This document shows, in pieces, positions 55,549 through 63,505 of a stretch of 64,000 nt of DNA (position 1 is the stretch's first letter; each line of letters begins with the position of its first letter). Position numbers and translations under genes: made by a program. The notes beneath the pieces are model-generated. The model was not told the DNA's origin. It searched no databases and worked only from the letters and a program-made list of their open reading frames with translations. The stretch is taken from IMG/VR virus record IMGVR_UViG_3300027541_000009, positions 62,001-126,000 of that record. One strand, given 5' to 3'.

Positions 55549-55573
55549 CACAGAGTTTCAGGTCCTCTATAAT
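55545..55573 (+). promoter_or_regulatory. Perfect sigma70 promoter with an inverted repeat around the -10 box
   Basis: TTGACA-17 nt-TATAAT; TTCAGGTC/GACCTGAA. Confidence 0.75.
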
Positions 55574-55587
55574 AGACCTGAATTTAA

Positions 55588-55675
55588 GCGAGTGAGACTT
55601 GGTAGTCAGAGGAGTCTTATAAACTCTTTCCGCCAGATTAGCGGCTTTGAGGTGGTTCGAATCCACCCACTCGTA
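55588..55675 (+). tRNA. Non-canonical tRNA with UAU anticodon (Ile?) and a long variable arm
   Basis: GCGAGTG/CACTCGT acceptor, short GAC-TTGGTA-GTC D arm, GAGT-CTTATAA-ACTC, GGTGG-TTCGAAT-CCACC. Confidence 0.75.
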
Positions 55676-55679
55676 CCTT

Positions 55680-55752
55680 GCTCCTTTAGCAATCTGGTGA
55701 ATGCAGCGAACTCATAATTCGCCTGAGGCGTGTTCGATCCACGCAAGGAGCA
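55680..55752 (+). tRNA. trnM: tRNA with CAU anticodon (elongator Met, or Ile2 if lysidinylated)
   Basis: GCTCCTT/AAGGAGC acceptor (paired 1-72, so not initiator), GCGAA-CTCATAA-TTCGC. Confidence 0.9.
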
Positions 55753-55753
55753 C

Positions 55754-55783
55754 TTGACAGATTACCTGTCAAACCCTTATAAT
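55754..55783 (+). promoter_or_regulatory. Sigma70 promoter with an inverted repeat over the -35 box
   Basis: TTGACA-18 nt-TATAAT; TTGACAG/CTGTCAA. Confidence 0.7.
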
Positions 55784-55805
55784 ACTAAGGTCAACATTCA
55801 AAACA

Positions 55806-56021
55806 ATGACTCTCACAGCAAAATTCAAGAAAGACGTTCAAACCCTTCGTGGTGCAGCAAACGGTGACTTCTACCTTGATGTAAAGAATCCTAAACTCTA
55901 TAAAAAGGTTCGTCGTTTTTATGAGAATGAGGGTGTAGTATTCTCTGGTGATCCACTGGATGATTATGAGATGCTTATGGAATATGTTCTTGCTGATCTT
56001 GAATCCGTTGAAGTTGCATGA
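55806..56021 (+). CDS. Conserved cyanophage-type hypothetical protein
   Basis: MTLTAKFKKDVQTLRGAANG...LDVKNPKLYKKVRR. Confidence 0.75.
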   Translation: MTLTAKFKKDVQTLRGAANGDFYLDVKNPKLYKKVRRFYENEGVVFSGDPLDDYEMLMEYVLADLESVEVA

Positions 56022-56266
56022 CAACACGACTTCCTAAGGTTCTTTTGGAACGAGAAGGATATCGCTTCGTAGAAGTTGGTATTCTTGAGATTAACGGTAA
56101 ACCCGATTACCGTCTCCAAAAACAAAATGAGTACACCAAACGCTGGAATGACATTTATCTTTTTGATAATGTTCTACAATGCTCTACTGCAATGGAGGAT
56201 ATTGAATATGCTAAATGGTTGGACCCAGACCGTGTTCCTTGTTATGTGAAAGACGATGAAGATTAA
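56018..56266 (+). CDS. Conserved cyanophage-type hypothetical protein
   Basis: GYRFVE...GKPDYRLQ...WLDPDRVPCY; ATGA overlap. Confidence 0.75.
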   Translation: MTTRLPKVLLEREGYRFVEVGILEINGKPDYRLQKQNEYTKRWNDIYLFDNVLQCSTAMEDIEYAKWLDPDRVPCYVKDDED

Positions 56267-56271
56267 TTAAA

Positions 56272-56928
56272 ATGTTAAATCATATTGAACGAATAAAAAT
56301 TTGTTCCGAAGTAGCTATTAAACTTTATTACGATTTTAATTTCGAATATAGTCTAAAAGCAAAAGCGGATGAGACAGTAGACTATTCTAAAAATCAAAAA
56401 GAACAAGTACCCTTAGAAAAAGGAGAAGCAACATCTACTGTTATACATAATATCAATGGGCAACCTCATACTTGGACAGAGAATAGGAAATACATTCAAT
56501 TTTTGAATGCAAATATGCCTTACATTCTCAAAGAATTTGGTCTCTCCAATCAACCAATTGAAGTAGCAAATTCTTGGATTAATCGTCATTCTAAAGGGGG
56601 AAGAACTGTAGAACACAAGCATCAATTTGTTGATATTGTTGTTAGTTCTTACCTTCATTGTCCACCAAATAGTGGAAATCTCTTGATAAGAGATCCATTA
56701 GAATATCATAGGGCAAATGATGTCGTAGAATCTGCTTTCTCTAAACAAGTAAAATATCAGTATCCTTGGATTGAAGTTCCTGTTAAAACAAATGAACTTG
56801 TAATCTTTCCTGGATGGGTAAATCACAAAACAGAAGAAAGCAATTCTGATTTTGATAGATATGTTATGACTTTTAATCTCAAGTATATGCATGGTCCAAT
56901 GATGGGTGAAAGTCCCGGGATGACTTAA
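56272..56928 (+). CDS. 2OG-Fe(II) oxygenase (TIGR02466-like)
   Basis: SWIN, HxH, VIFPGWVNH and RYVMTFN motifs. Confidence 0.8.
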   Translation: MLNHIERIKICSEVAIKLYYDFNFEYSLKAKADETVDYSKNQKEQVPLEKGEATSTVIHNINGQPHTWTENRKYIQFLNANMPYILKEFGLSNQPIEVANSWINRHSKGGRTVEHKHQFVDIVVSSYLHCPPNSGNLLIRDPLEYHRANDVVESAFSKQVKYQYPWIEVPVKTNELVIFPGWVNHKTEESNSDFDRYVMTFNLKYMHGPMMGESPGMT

Positions 56929-56956
56929 AAAGCGCACTGGTCGGGAGCAACCCCTT
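56911..56956 (+). repeat. Divergent copy of the 5' domain of the downstream manA-like RNA
   Basis: AGTCCCGGGATGACTTAAAA-N6-ACTGGT...CCCCTT versus AGTCCTGGAACGACTTAAAA-N6-ACTGGT at 57176. Confidence 0.8.
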
Positions 56957-57193
56957 ATGGCAAAATCTGATCTACTTCGTTGGATTGGAAACATTCTCCT
57001 CATAATTGGTTATCAAACTATGCTATGGGGAGAATTTAAATATGGTTTAATGATAAAGGTTGTTGGAGGATTACTCACAGTACCCTTTGCTATTAAACTT
57101 AAACTTTGGGATGTACTATTCTTATGTGCATTCTTTGGTATTACCGAGATATCAAAGTTAACCCAACTTTTCTTTAGTCCTGGAACGACTTAA
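56957..57193 (+). CDS. Small multi-TM membrane protein
   Basis: Hydrophobic 78 aa; flanked by the two repeat copies. Confidence 0.7.
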   Translation: MAKSDLLRWIGNILLIIGYQTMLWGEFKYGLMIKVVGGLLTVPFAIKLKLWDVLFLCAFFGITEISKLTQLFFSPGTT

Positions 57194-57325
57194 AACTTAT
57201 ACTGGTGGAGTCAAAATGACCCTATTATGAGTTTATTGCCTCTCTCAAGGGCAATTGGTGCGGATGGGACTCTCTCCCGCCTGGTTTCTTGCCTCCAGTC
57301 AAAGGGCAAGTGGCGAGCCTGAGTT
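57176..57325 (+). ncRNA. Cyanophage cis-regulatory structured RNA, manA-like (wcaG is the alternative)
   Basis: Multiple stems (AGTC/GACT, ATTGCC/GGCAAT, GGGA/TCCC, CTTGCC/GGCAAG) with GGTGCGGA and GGCGAGCC; followed by a terminator and sugar-epimerase genes; family recalled, not searched. Confidence 0.7.
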
Positions 57326-57330
57326 ACATA

Positions 57331-57359
57331 AGAGGAGTTGCATAAACTCCTCTTTTTTT
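57331..57359 (+). terminator. Intrinsic terminator after the structured RNA
   Basis: AGAGGAGTT-GCATA-AACTCCTCT followed by Ts. Confidence 0.85.
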
Positions 57360-57392
57360 GTATACTATATACTAAGAGAAATTTATTGGTCT

Positions 57393-58505
57393 ATGAGTGA
57401 GTACAAGAAAACGGCACTTGTGTTAGGTGCTGGTGGCTTTATTGGAAGTCATATGGTAAGAAGATTAAAGTCTGAAGGTTATTGGGTGCGTGGTGTAGAC
57501 CTCAAGTATCCAGAATTTTCAATTTCTGAAGCAGATGAATTCATTCAGGGAGACCTGAGGGATATGAACTTTGTTCGCCGTGTTCTTGAATTTAAAGGAG
57601 AGCAAGGAAACTTTTATAACTCAGTTCCTTATCGATATATTCTACCCTTCCATGAAATCTATCAGTTCGCTGCTGATATGGGCGGTGCAGGATTTGTTTT
57701 CACTGGAGAAAATGATGCTGATATTATGCACAACTCTGCAACCATCAACTTAAATGTTCTTGAAGCACAGCGTCAATTGAATGAAACTTTTGATGGTGTT
57801 GATAATGGCACCGCTTGTGTTCGCCCAGTATTAGATTATAAAACTAAAATTTTCTATTCTGGATCTGCTTGTATGTATCCAGAACATAATCAATTAGATC
57901 CAGACAATCCCGATTGTCGTGAAGAGTCCGCTTATCCTGCTAACCCAGATTCCGAGTATGGTTGGGAAAAACTCTTCTCAGAGAGACTCTTCTTCGCTTA
58001 TCACCGCAACTATGGTATTCCTGTGCGGGTTGCTAGGTATCATAATATCTTTGGACCTGAAGGAACCTGGACTGGTGGTAGAGAAAAAGCACCCGCAGCA
58101 ATCTGTCGTAAAGTTGCCTACCTTTCAGAGGAAGGTGGAACCATCGAGGTGTGGGGAGACGGGCTACAAACTCGTTCCTTCCTGTATATTGATGAATGCA
58201 TCGAAGCAACCCGCAGAATGATGAATAGTGATTTCATCGGACCTGTTAATATTGGTTCCGAAGAAATGGTAACCATTAATCAACTCGTAGATACTGCTGC
58301 TAAAGTTGCAGGTAAAGTCGTAGAGAAGAATCATATTGATGGTCCTCTTGGAGTTCGTGGACGCAATTCAAATAATGATTTGATTCGCGAAAAACTTGGT
58401 TGGGATTATTCACAGACTCTGGAAGAAGGTATCCGCAAGACTTATGAGTGGATTAATACGCAAATGAAAAAGGTGGAAGAGGTGAAAGGTGACAGTAAAG
58501 AATGA
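57393..58505 (+). CDS. NAD-dependent epimerase, GDP-mannose 3,5-epimerase-like
   Basis: GAGGFIG, AADMGG, YGWEK and GGREKAPAAICRK; start set at ATG 57393. Confidence 0.88.
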   Translation: MSEYKKTALVLGAGGFIGSHMVRRLKSEGYWVRGVDLKYPEFSISEADEFIQGDLRDMNFVRRVLEFKGEQGNFYNSVPYRYILPFHEIYQFAADMGGAGFVFTGENDADIMHNSATINLNVLEAQRQLNETFDGVDNGTACVRPVLDYKTKIFYSGSACMYPEHNQLDPDNPDCREESAYPANPDSEYGWEKLFSERLFFAYHRNYGIPVRVARYHNIFGPEGTWTGGREKAPAAICRKVAYLSEEGGTIEVWGDGLQTRSFLYIDECIEATRRMMNSDFIGPVNIGSEEMVTINQLVDTAAKVAGKVVEKNHIDGPLGVRGRNSNNDLIREKLGWDYSQTLEEGIRKTYEWINTQMKKVEEVKGDSKE

Positions 58506-59232
58506 TTTGGATATCGACTTTGATTATATTAATCAAAAACTTAAATCTGGACTAAAACTTAGAATTGATGTGGGTCTTTCCTGTGATATGGGAAGATCTA
58601 AACGATGGATTAATTTTATTGATGATGTTTTTGTTATTGGTATTGAACCCCACCCAGAAAATTGTTCTTCCCTAAAGGAACTTTTAGTTAGAACAAGAGG
58701 TGGAGATAGATTCTATCTTATCGAAGCTGCAATTGATAATGTTGAAGAACCAACTACAAAAGAATTTTATGGATTTGGTTGGGATGTTTGGCCAAATAAT
58801 CCAGGATGTTCTTCACTACTCAAACCAAAGGGTAGGTTTGAGAATTCTACAGAAAATGTGTATAATGTGGATGTCATTTCTTTAAAGTCTATATTGGATA
58901 ATATTGATTATGATGTAGTAGAAGTCTTAAAAACTGACACGCAGGGTAACGATCTTAATGTTATTAAGAGTCTTGGTGACCACATTAAAAATGTCGTCTT
59001 CATTGATTCTGAATATGATGAATCTGATGACTATGAAAATGCAAATACTGGTGGTGAGTTAGATGAATATTTGGTAGAAAATAATTTTAAAAAATATCAG
59101 ATGATTCTTCAACCGACAAGAGATATGATGGTTGAAGATACGCGATATATGAACACTCTAATAGAAGACATAGATAAGTATTCGGATGATTATACATTTG
59201 AATCTCATGAAGTTATGGTTGATGTAGAATGA
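58489..59232 (+). CDS. FkbM-like SAM-dependent methyltransferase
   Basis: IDVG, GIEPHP, SLKSIL and LKTDTQGNDL pattern. Confidence 0.75.
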   Translation: MTVKNDLDIDFDYINQKLKSGLKLRIDVGLSCDMGRSKRWINFIDDVFVIGIEPHPENCSSLKELLVRTRGGDRFYLIEAAIDNVEEPTTKEFYGFGWDVWPNNPGCSSLLKPKGRFENSTENVYNVDVISLKSILDNIDYDVVEVLKTDTQGNDLNVIKSLGDHIKNVVFIDSEYDESDDYENANTGGELDEYLVENNFKKYQMILQPTRDMMVEDTRYMNTLIEDIDKYSDDYTFESHEVMVDVE

Positions 59233-60080
59233 AAATTACTATTCTTGGTTCCAGTGGGCAAATTGGTGCCTACCTTTCGGAGTATCTTCGAGAAAAAGGT
59301 CATACTGTTATTGACTTTGATAAGGTGGAAACACCCAATCATGATATGACTGTGATACCGAATCAATATCTTGAGAATGCAATTGAGACTGCAGACTTTG
59401 TATTCTTTCTTGCATTTGATGTTGGTGGGTCTCGTTACCTGAAGAAGTATCAACATACTTTCCAGTTCATTGATAATAACGCTCGCTTGATGGCAAATGC
59501 ATTTGGACTTCTTAAAAAGTATAATAAGAGATTTGTATTTGCATCATCTCAAATGAGCAACATGAGTTACTCTCCATATGGGGTACTCAAAAATGTTGGA
59601 GAACTTTATACCAAATCTCTTAATGGACTTATTGTTAAGTTCTGGAATGTATATGGTATCGAAAAGGACCATGACAAAGCACATGTTATCACAGACTTCA
59701 TCCGTAAAGGATTTGAGACTGGTGCAATTGATATGCTTACTGATGGTCAGGAAGAACGGGAGTTTCTATATGCTGAAGACTGCTGCGAAGCACTTGAGGC
59801 AATTATGGAAAACTATAATGAATTTACCTCAGAAGATAATCTTCATATTACAAGCTTTAAGTCAACAAAAATCATTGACATTGCAAGTATTATTTGTGGA
59901 CAATTTAATTTGATCGGAAAGTATGATGTAAAAGTTCAACCATCTGATCAAAAAGATAGTGTACAGATGGATAAAAGAAATAGACCAGATACCTATTTGA
60001 TGAAATGGTGGACCCCTAAAACCACAATTGATCAAGGTATTGCTAAAGTATTTGAAGCAATGAAAGGAGATTATCTATGA
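59229..60080 (+). CDS. NAD-dependent epimerase/dehydratase
   Basis: GSSGQIG, YGVLK (YxxxK), NVYG and REFLYAED. Confidence 0.88.
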   Translation: MKITILGSSGQIGAYLSEYLREKGHTVIDFDKVETPNHDMTVIPNQYLENAIETADFVFFLAFDVGGSRYLKKYQHTFQFIDNNARLMANAFGLLKKYNKRFVFASSQMSNMSYSPYGVLKNVGELYTKSLNGLIVKFWNVYGIEKDHDKAHVITDFIRKGFETGAIDMLTDGQEEREFLYAEDCCEALEAIMENYNEFTSEDNLHITSFKSTKIIDIASIICGQFNLIGKYDVKVQPSDQKDSVQMDKRNRPDTYLMKWWTPKTTIDQGIAKVFEAMKGDYL

Positions 60081-61069
60081 AGATATTTGTTACTGGATGC
60101 GCGGGACTCCTTGGGTCCAATTATACTCGACATCTTTTAGCGAACGGTCATAAGGTAATAGGTATTGATGATCTTTCTGGTGGATATAAAGCGTTTCTTC
60201 CAAAGGCAGAAAATTTTACATTTGCAAAATTTGATCTTGAAAGGAGAAAAAAAGTAGTTGAATTGTTCGAAGAACATAAACCAGATGTCCTTTTGCATTT
60301 TGCTGCATATGCTGCTGAAGGACTATCACCTTTTATTCGAAACTATAACTATAGAAACAATCTTATTTGTTCTGCCAATTTAATTAATGAATGTATCAAG
60401 CACGATACTAAAATGATTTTCACCTCTAGTATGGCAGTCTATGGTGAGCAAGAACCACCATTCACTGAAGATAAGCGTCCTCAACCAATTGACCCATATG
60501 GTATTGCTAAGTATGCTGTCGAGTGTGATTTAAAATTAGCTCACGAACAGTTTGGACTTCGATACAATATTGTTCGTCCTCATAATGTTCTTGGAATTTA
60601 CCAAAACATTTGGGACCGTTATCGAAATGTGATTGGTATTTTCATTCGCAAAACTTTGAATGGTCAACCAATTCTTGTTTATGGTGATGGGGAACAGACT
60701 CGTGCTTTCTCCGATATCAAATATTATATGGAACCATTTGATAAACTTCTTACAGAATATGATGGAGAAATTTTTAATATTGGTGCCGATAAACATTTTA
60801 CTTTGAATGAGGTTGCTGAAACCGTACAGAAGATTGGTAAGAAATATGGATATGAAGTTCCTATTGAACATGGTGAACCAAGACATGAAGTTAAGCACGC
60901 ATATTGTGATCATACAAAAGCAAAAAGTATGTTAGAATTCAGGGATGAAACAAAACTTGAAGAACTAATTGAAAGTATGTTTATCTGGGCTATGAAGCAA
61001 CCGAATAGAAAAGTGAAGAGTATGGAATATGAAGTTACTAAAGACATTTACGATTATTGGAGAAATTAA
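60077..61069 (+). CDS. NAD-dependent epimerase/dehydratase (GalE/WcaG-like)
   Basis: VTGCAGLLG, TSSMAVYG, YGIAK and RAFSDI. Confidence 0.9.
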   Translation: MKIFVTGCAGLLGSNYTRHLLANGHKVIGIDDLSGGYKAFLPKAENFTFAKFDLERRKKVVELFEEHKPDVLLHFAAYAAEGLSPFIRNYNYRNNLICSANLINECIKHDTKMIFTSSMAVYGEQEPPFTEDKRPQPIDPYGIAKYAVECDLKLAHEQFGLRYNIVRPHNVLGIYQNIWDRYRNVIGIFIRKTLNGQPILVYGDGEQTRAFSDIKYYMEPFDKLLTEYDGEIFNIGADKHFTLNEVAETVQKIGKKYGYEVPIEHGEPRHEVKHAYCDHTKAKSMLEFRDETKLEELIESMFIWAMKQPNRKVKSMEYEVTKDIYDYWRN

Positions 61070-61741
61070 ATGACAACTAGAACTATCGAAATTACAAAAC
61101 AAGATTTTGAATCTAAATCGGAACTGCTGGAATATGATTATGAATTTCTTTCCAAATTGGAAGGAATGTTTGATCATAGTGAAGGTGGATTATTTAATTG
61201 GAGAACAGCTGAAAATATGGTTCACCAATTAAAATTTCATAAAAAATATTTGCAAAAGATTCAACCAAAGTATATCTTGGAAATTGGAACTTTTAAGGGA
61301 TTTTATTCTTACGTTGTTAAAAAAGAAATACCTGAAGTAAAAGTTTATACTTTTGGTATTAATGAGGAAAGTCAACTTTGTGTTGATGCAATTAATGAAC
61401 TTTATGGTGAAAATTTTATTACTTTTTTTCCCGGAGATTCTTTAGAAACTTTAACTTCTTTTGACAACCCAGATGACATTCCATTTGATATGGCATGGGT
61501 AGATGGTGGACATAGTTACGAATGTGCTATTTCCGATTTGGTAAATTGTGGAAAATTGGGAATAGAAAATATCTTAATCGATGATTGTGATATGGGACAA
61601 GTAACCGCTGCCTTAAGAGATTTTTGTAATATGGTTTTTTCCGATAATGAAAATGATTATTCTTATTCTATTAAAGATTATAGTCCAAATGAAAGAATGA
61701 TAACCTATTTGTCCAGAGAAAAAATTTATGAAAATATTTGA
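61070..61741 (+). CDS. Class I SAM-dependent methyltransferase (Methyltransf_24-like)
   Basis: LEIGTFKG, GDS, WVDGGHSYE and LIDD. Confidence 0.8.
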   Translation: MTTRTIEITKQDFESKSELLEYDYEFLSKLEGMFDHSEGGLFNWRTAENMVHQLKFHKKYLQKIQPKYILEIGTFKGFYSYVVKKEIPEVKVYTFGINEESQLCVDAINELYGENFITFFPGDSLETLTSFDNPDDIPFDMAWVDGGHSYECAISDLVNCGKLGIENILIDDCDMGQVTAALRDFCNMVFSDNENDYSYSIKDYSPNERMITYLSREKIYENI

Positions 61742-62582
61742 TTCCTTTAGATTTTTTAATGAGTTAGAGATACTTGAAATACGTTTCAATCTCCTTTATG
61801 ACTATGTGGATTATTTTGTTATAACAGAATGTCCATATACTACTATGGGTGATGAAAAACCTCTTTATTATTTGGAGAACAAAGAACGTTTTTCCAAATT
61901 TAACGATAAGGTTATTCATGATGTAATGGATGAAATCCCTGTGGATTTTACTGCATTTTTAGAAAAACAAAAATTTCATACTGCATATGAAGACATTGAT
62001 CCAAATTGTGGACAAAGATATATTGATATTCCTCTCCCCTATCAAAGGGATATGTATGCAAGAAATTATACTGCAGTCTCGATTGAAAAAGCAGGAGTGA
62101 CTGATGATGATATTGTTATAACAAGTGATGCTGATGAAATTGTAAATCCATTAATTTTAGAAAATCTAAATTGGTTTAATCCTAATAATTTATATGTTGC
62201 AATGCAGAGAGCATTTTATTATAATCTTAATACTCATTATCATGATAATTGGAGAGGTTCAAGAATTTGTACTTGGAAAAAAATAAAAAATCTTTCTATA
62301 GACAAACTGAGAGATAGTATGTGGAATGAATCTTATCGAATTCAAGATGGTGGATGGCATTGGAGTTATTTTGGTGGTGTGGAAAGATATAAACAAAAAA
62401 TGGTCGCAGGTGCCGATGCTCAACCTTCAATAATAGTGAATGCCGAAGATATAGTCAGTGAAAAGAAAGACCCTTTGGGTAGAGGTGTAAATTATTTTCC
62501 TGTTCCTATAGATGAATCATTTCCACAGTACATTGTAGATAATCAAGAAAAATATTCAGAATTTATTACGCCATGGAATTGA
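61728..62582 (+). CDS. Glycosyltransferase family 17-like
   Basis: FFNELEILEIRF...VDYFVITE, QR...RN, SDADEI and GGWHWS. Confidence 0.8.
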   Translation: MKIFDSFRFFNELEILEIRFNLLYDYVDYFVITECPYTTMGDEKPLYYLENKERFSKFNDKVIHDVMDEIPVDFTAFLEKQKFHTAYEDIDPNCGQRYIDIPLPYQRDMYARNYTAVSIEKAGVTDDDIVITSDADEIVNPLILENLNWFNPNNLYVAMQRAFYYNLNTHYHDNWRGSRICTWKKIKNLSIDKLRDSMWNESYRIQDGGWHWSYFGGVERYKQKMVAGADAQPSIIVNAEDIVSEKKDPLGRGVNYFPVPIDESFPQYIVDNQEKYSEFITPWN

Positions 62583-63505
62583 TTGAAGGTGTAGCACTTT
62601 CAAAACTATGTGATTATTCTTTCGGAGACCAGTCTGGTCAATGGGGGAATATTTTTACATCATTTATGAAAGATGCTAATTTATTGAATCTTGAATTCGT
62701 TAATAGATTATTTGAGATTAAAAAAAGCAGAGATTATATGACTCTGTTTATTGATAATATTCGTTTATATAAAAGACATATTGTTGAGGTTAGTGATTCT
62801 GATAGACCATATGTCAATTCATTAATGGAAAGGAGTGATTTATTAAATCTTTGCTCAAATTTTCCTGAAATGAATTTTATTATTTTCACAAATCTTGAGG
62901 ATACTCCCATTGATGATTATATCTTTGACTTGATACCCAATAATGTTTTGTGCATTTCTGCAGTAAATGCTATTGCTAATGGTGGAAAAGTTATCCCAGC
63001 TCCTTATGGACTGCAGAGAGCAATGAATCCTAATGATATGAGAGTATCTGAAATTAAAGGCGCTTCAAAAAATCTTCCAAATAATCCTCCCGGACTTTTA
63101 TATGTGAGTCACAACGAATCTTCCAATGAAGAAAGGAAGGGAATAAAAGAAATGTTCAGGAATAAATCTTGGGCAGTGGTACATGAAAATAGAGTTTCTT
63201 TTTCTGTGTTTCTTTATAATCTTAGTCAATCAAAATTTATGATATGCCCAAGAGGAAATGCTATTGATTGTCATCGTAATTGGGAAGTTCTTTATATGAG
63301 AAGAGTTCCAATTATGAAGAGGCATCTTTATTTGGAAACTTTATTTGCAGATTACCCTGTTCTTTTTGTGGATAAATACTCCGAAGTAAATGAAAATCTA
63401 TTAATAGAAAACGATCATTTATTCCAAAAAGCTCAAAAAATGGATTTGTCTGGATTGACACTTCCAAAATTTTTTGATAATATCGTAAATAAGTACACGA
63501 ATTAA
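62573..63505 (+). CDS. Exostosin / GT47-like glycosyltransferase
   Basis: SKFMICPRGNAIDCHRNWEVLYMRRVPI motif. Confidence 0.75.
   Translation: MELIEGVALSKLCDYSFGDQSGQWGNIFTSFMKDANLLNLEFVNRLFEIKKSRDYMTLFIDNIRLYKRHIVEVSDSDRPYVNSLMERSDLLNLCSNFPEMNFIIFTNLEDTPIDDYIFDLIPNNVLCISAVNAIANGGKVIPAPYGLQRAMNPNDMRVSEIKGASKNLPNNPPGLLYVSHNESSNEERKGIKEMFRNKSWAVVHENRVSFSVFLYNLSQSKFMICPRGNAIDCHRNWEVLYMRRVPIMKRHLYLETLFADYPVLFVDKYSEVNENLLIENDHLFQKAQKMDLSGLTLPKFFDNIVNKYTN

Noticed and set aside
57255-57392. N-terminal extension of the epimerase ORF, and a 31-codon ORF starting at 57227
   Set aside because: Both overlap the structured RNA and terminator and lack recognisable protein features; the Rossmann motif starts right after ATG 57393.
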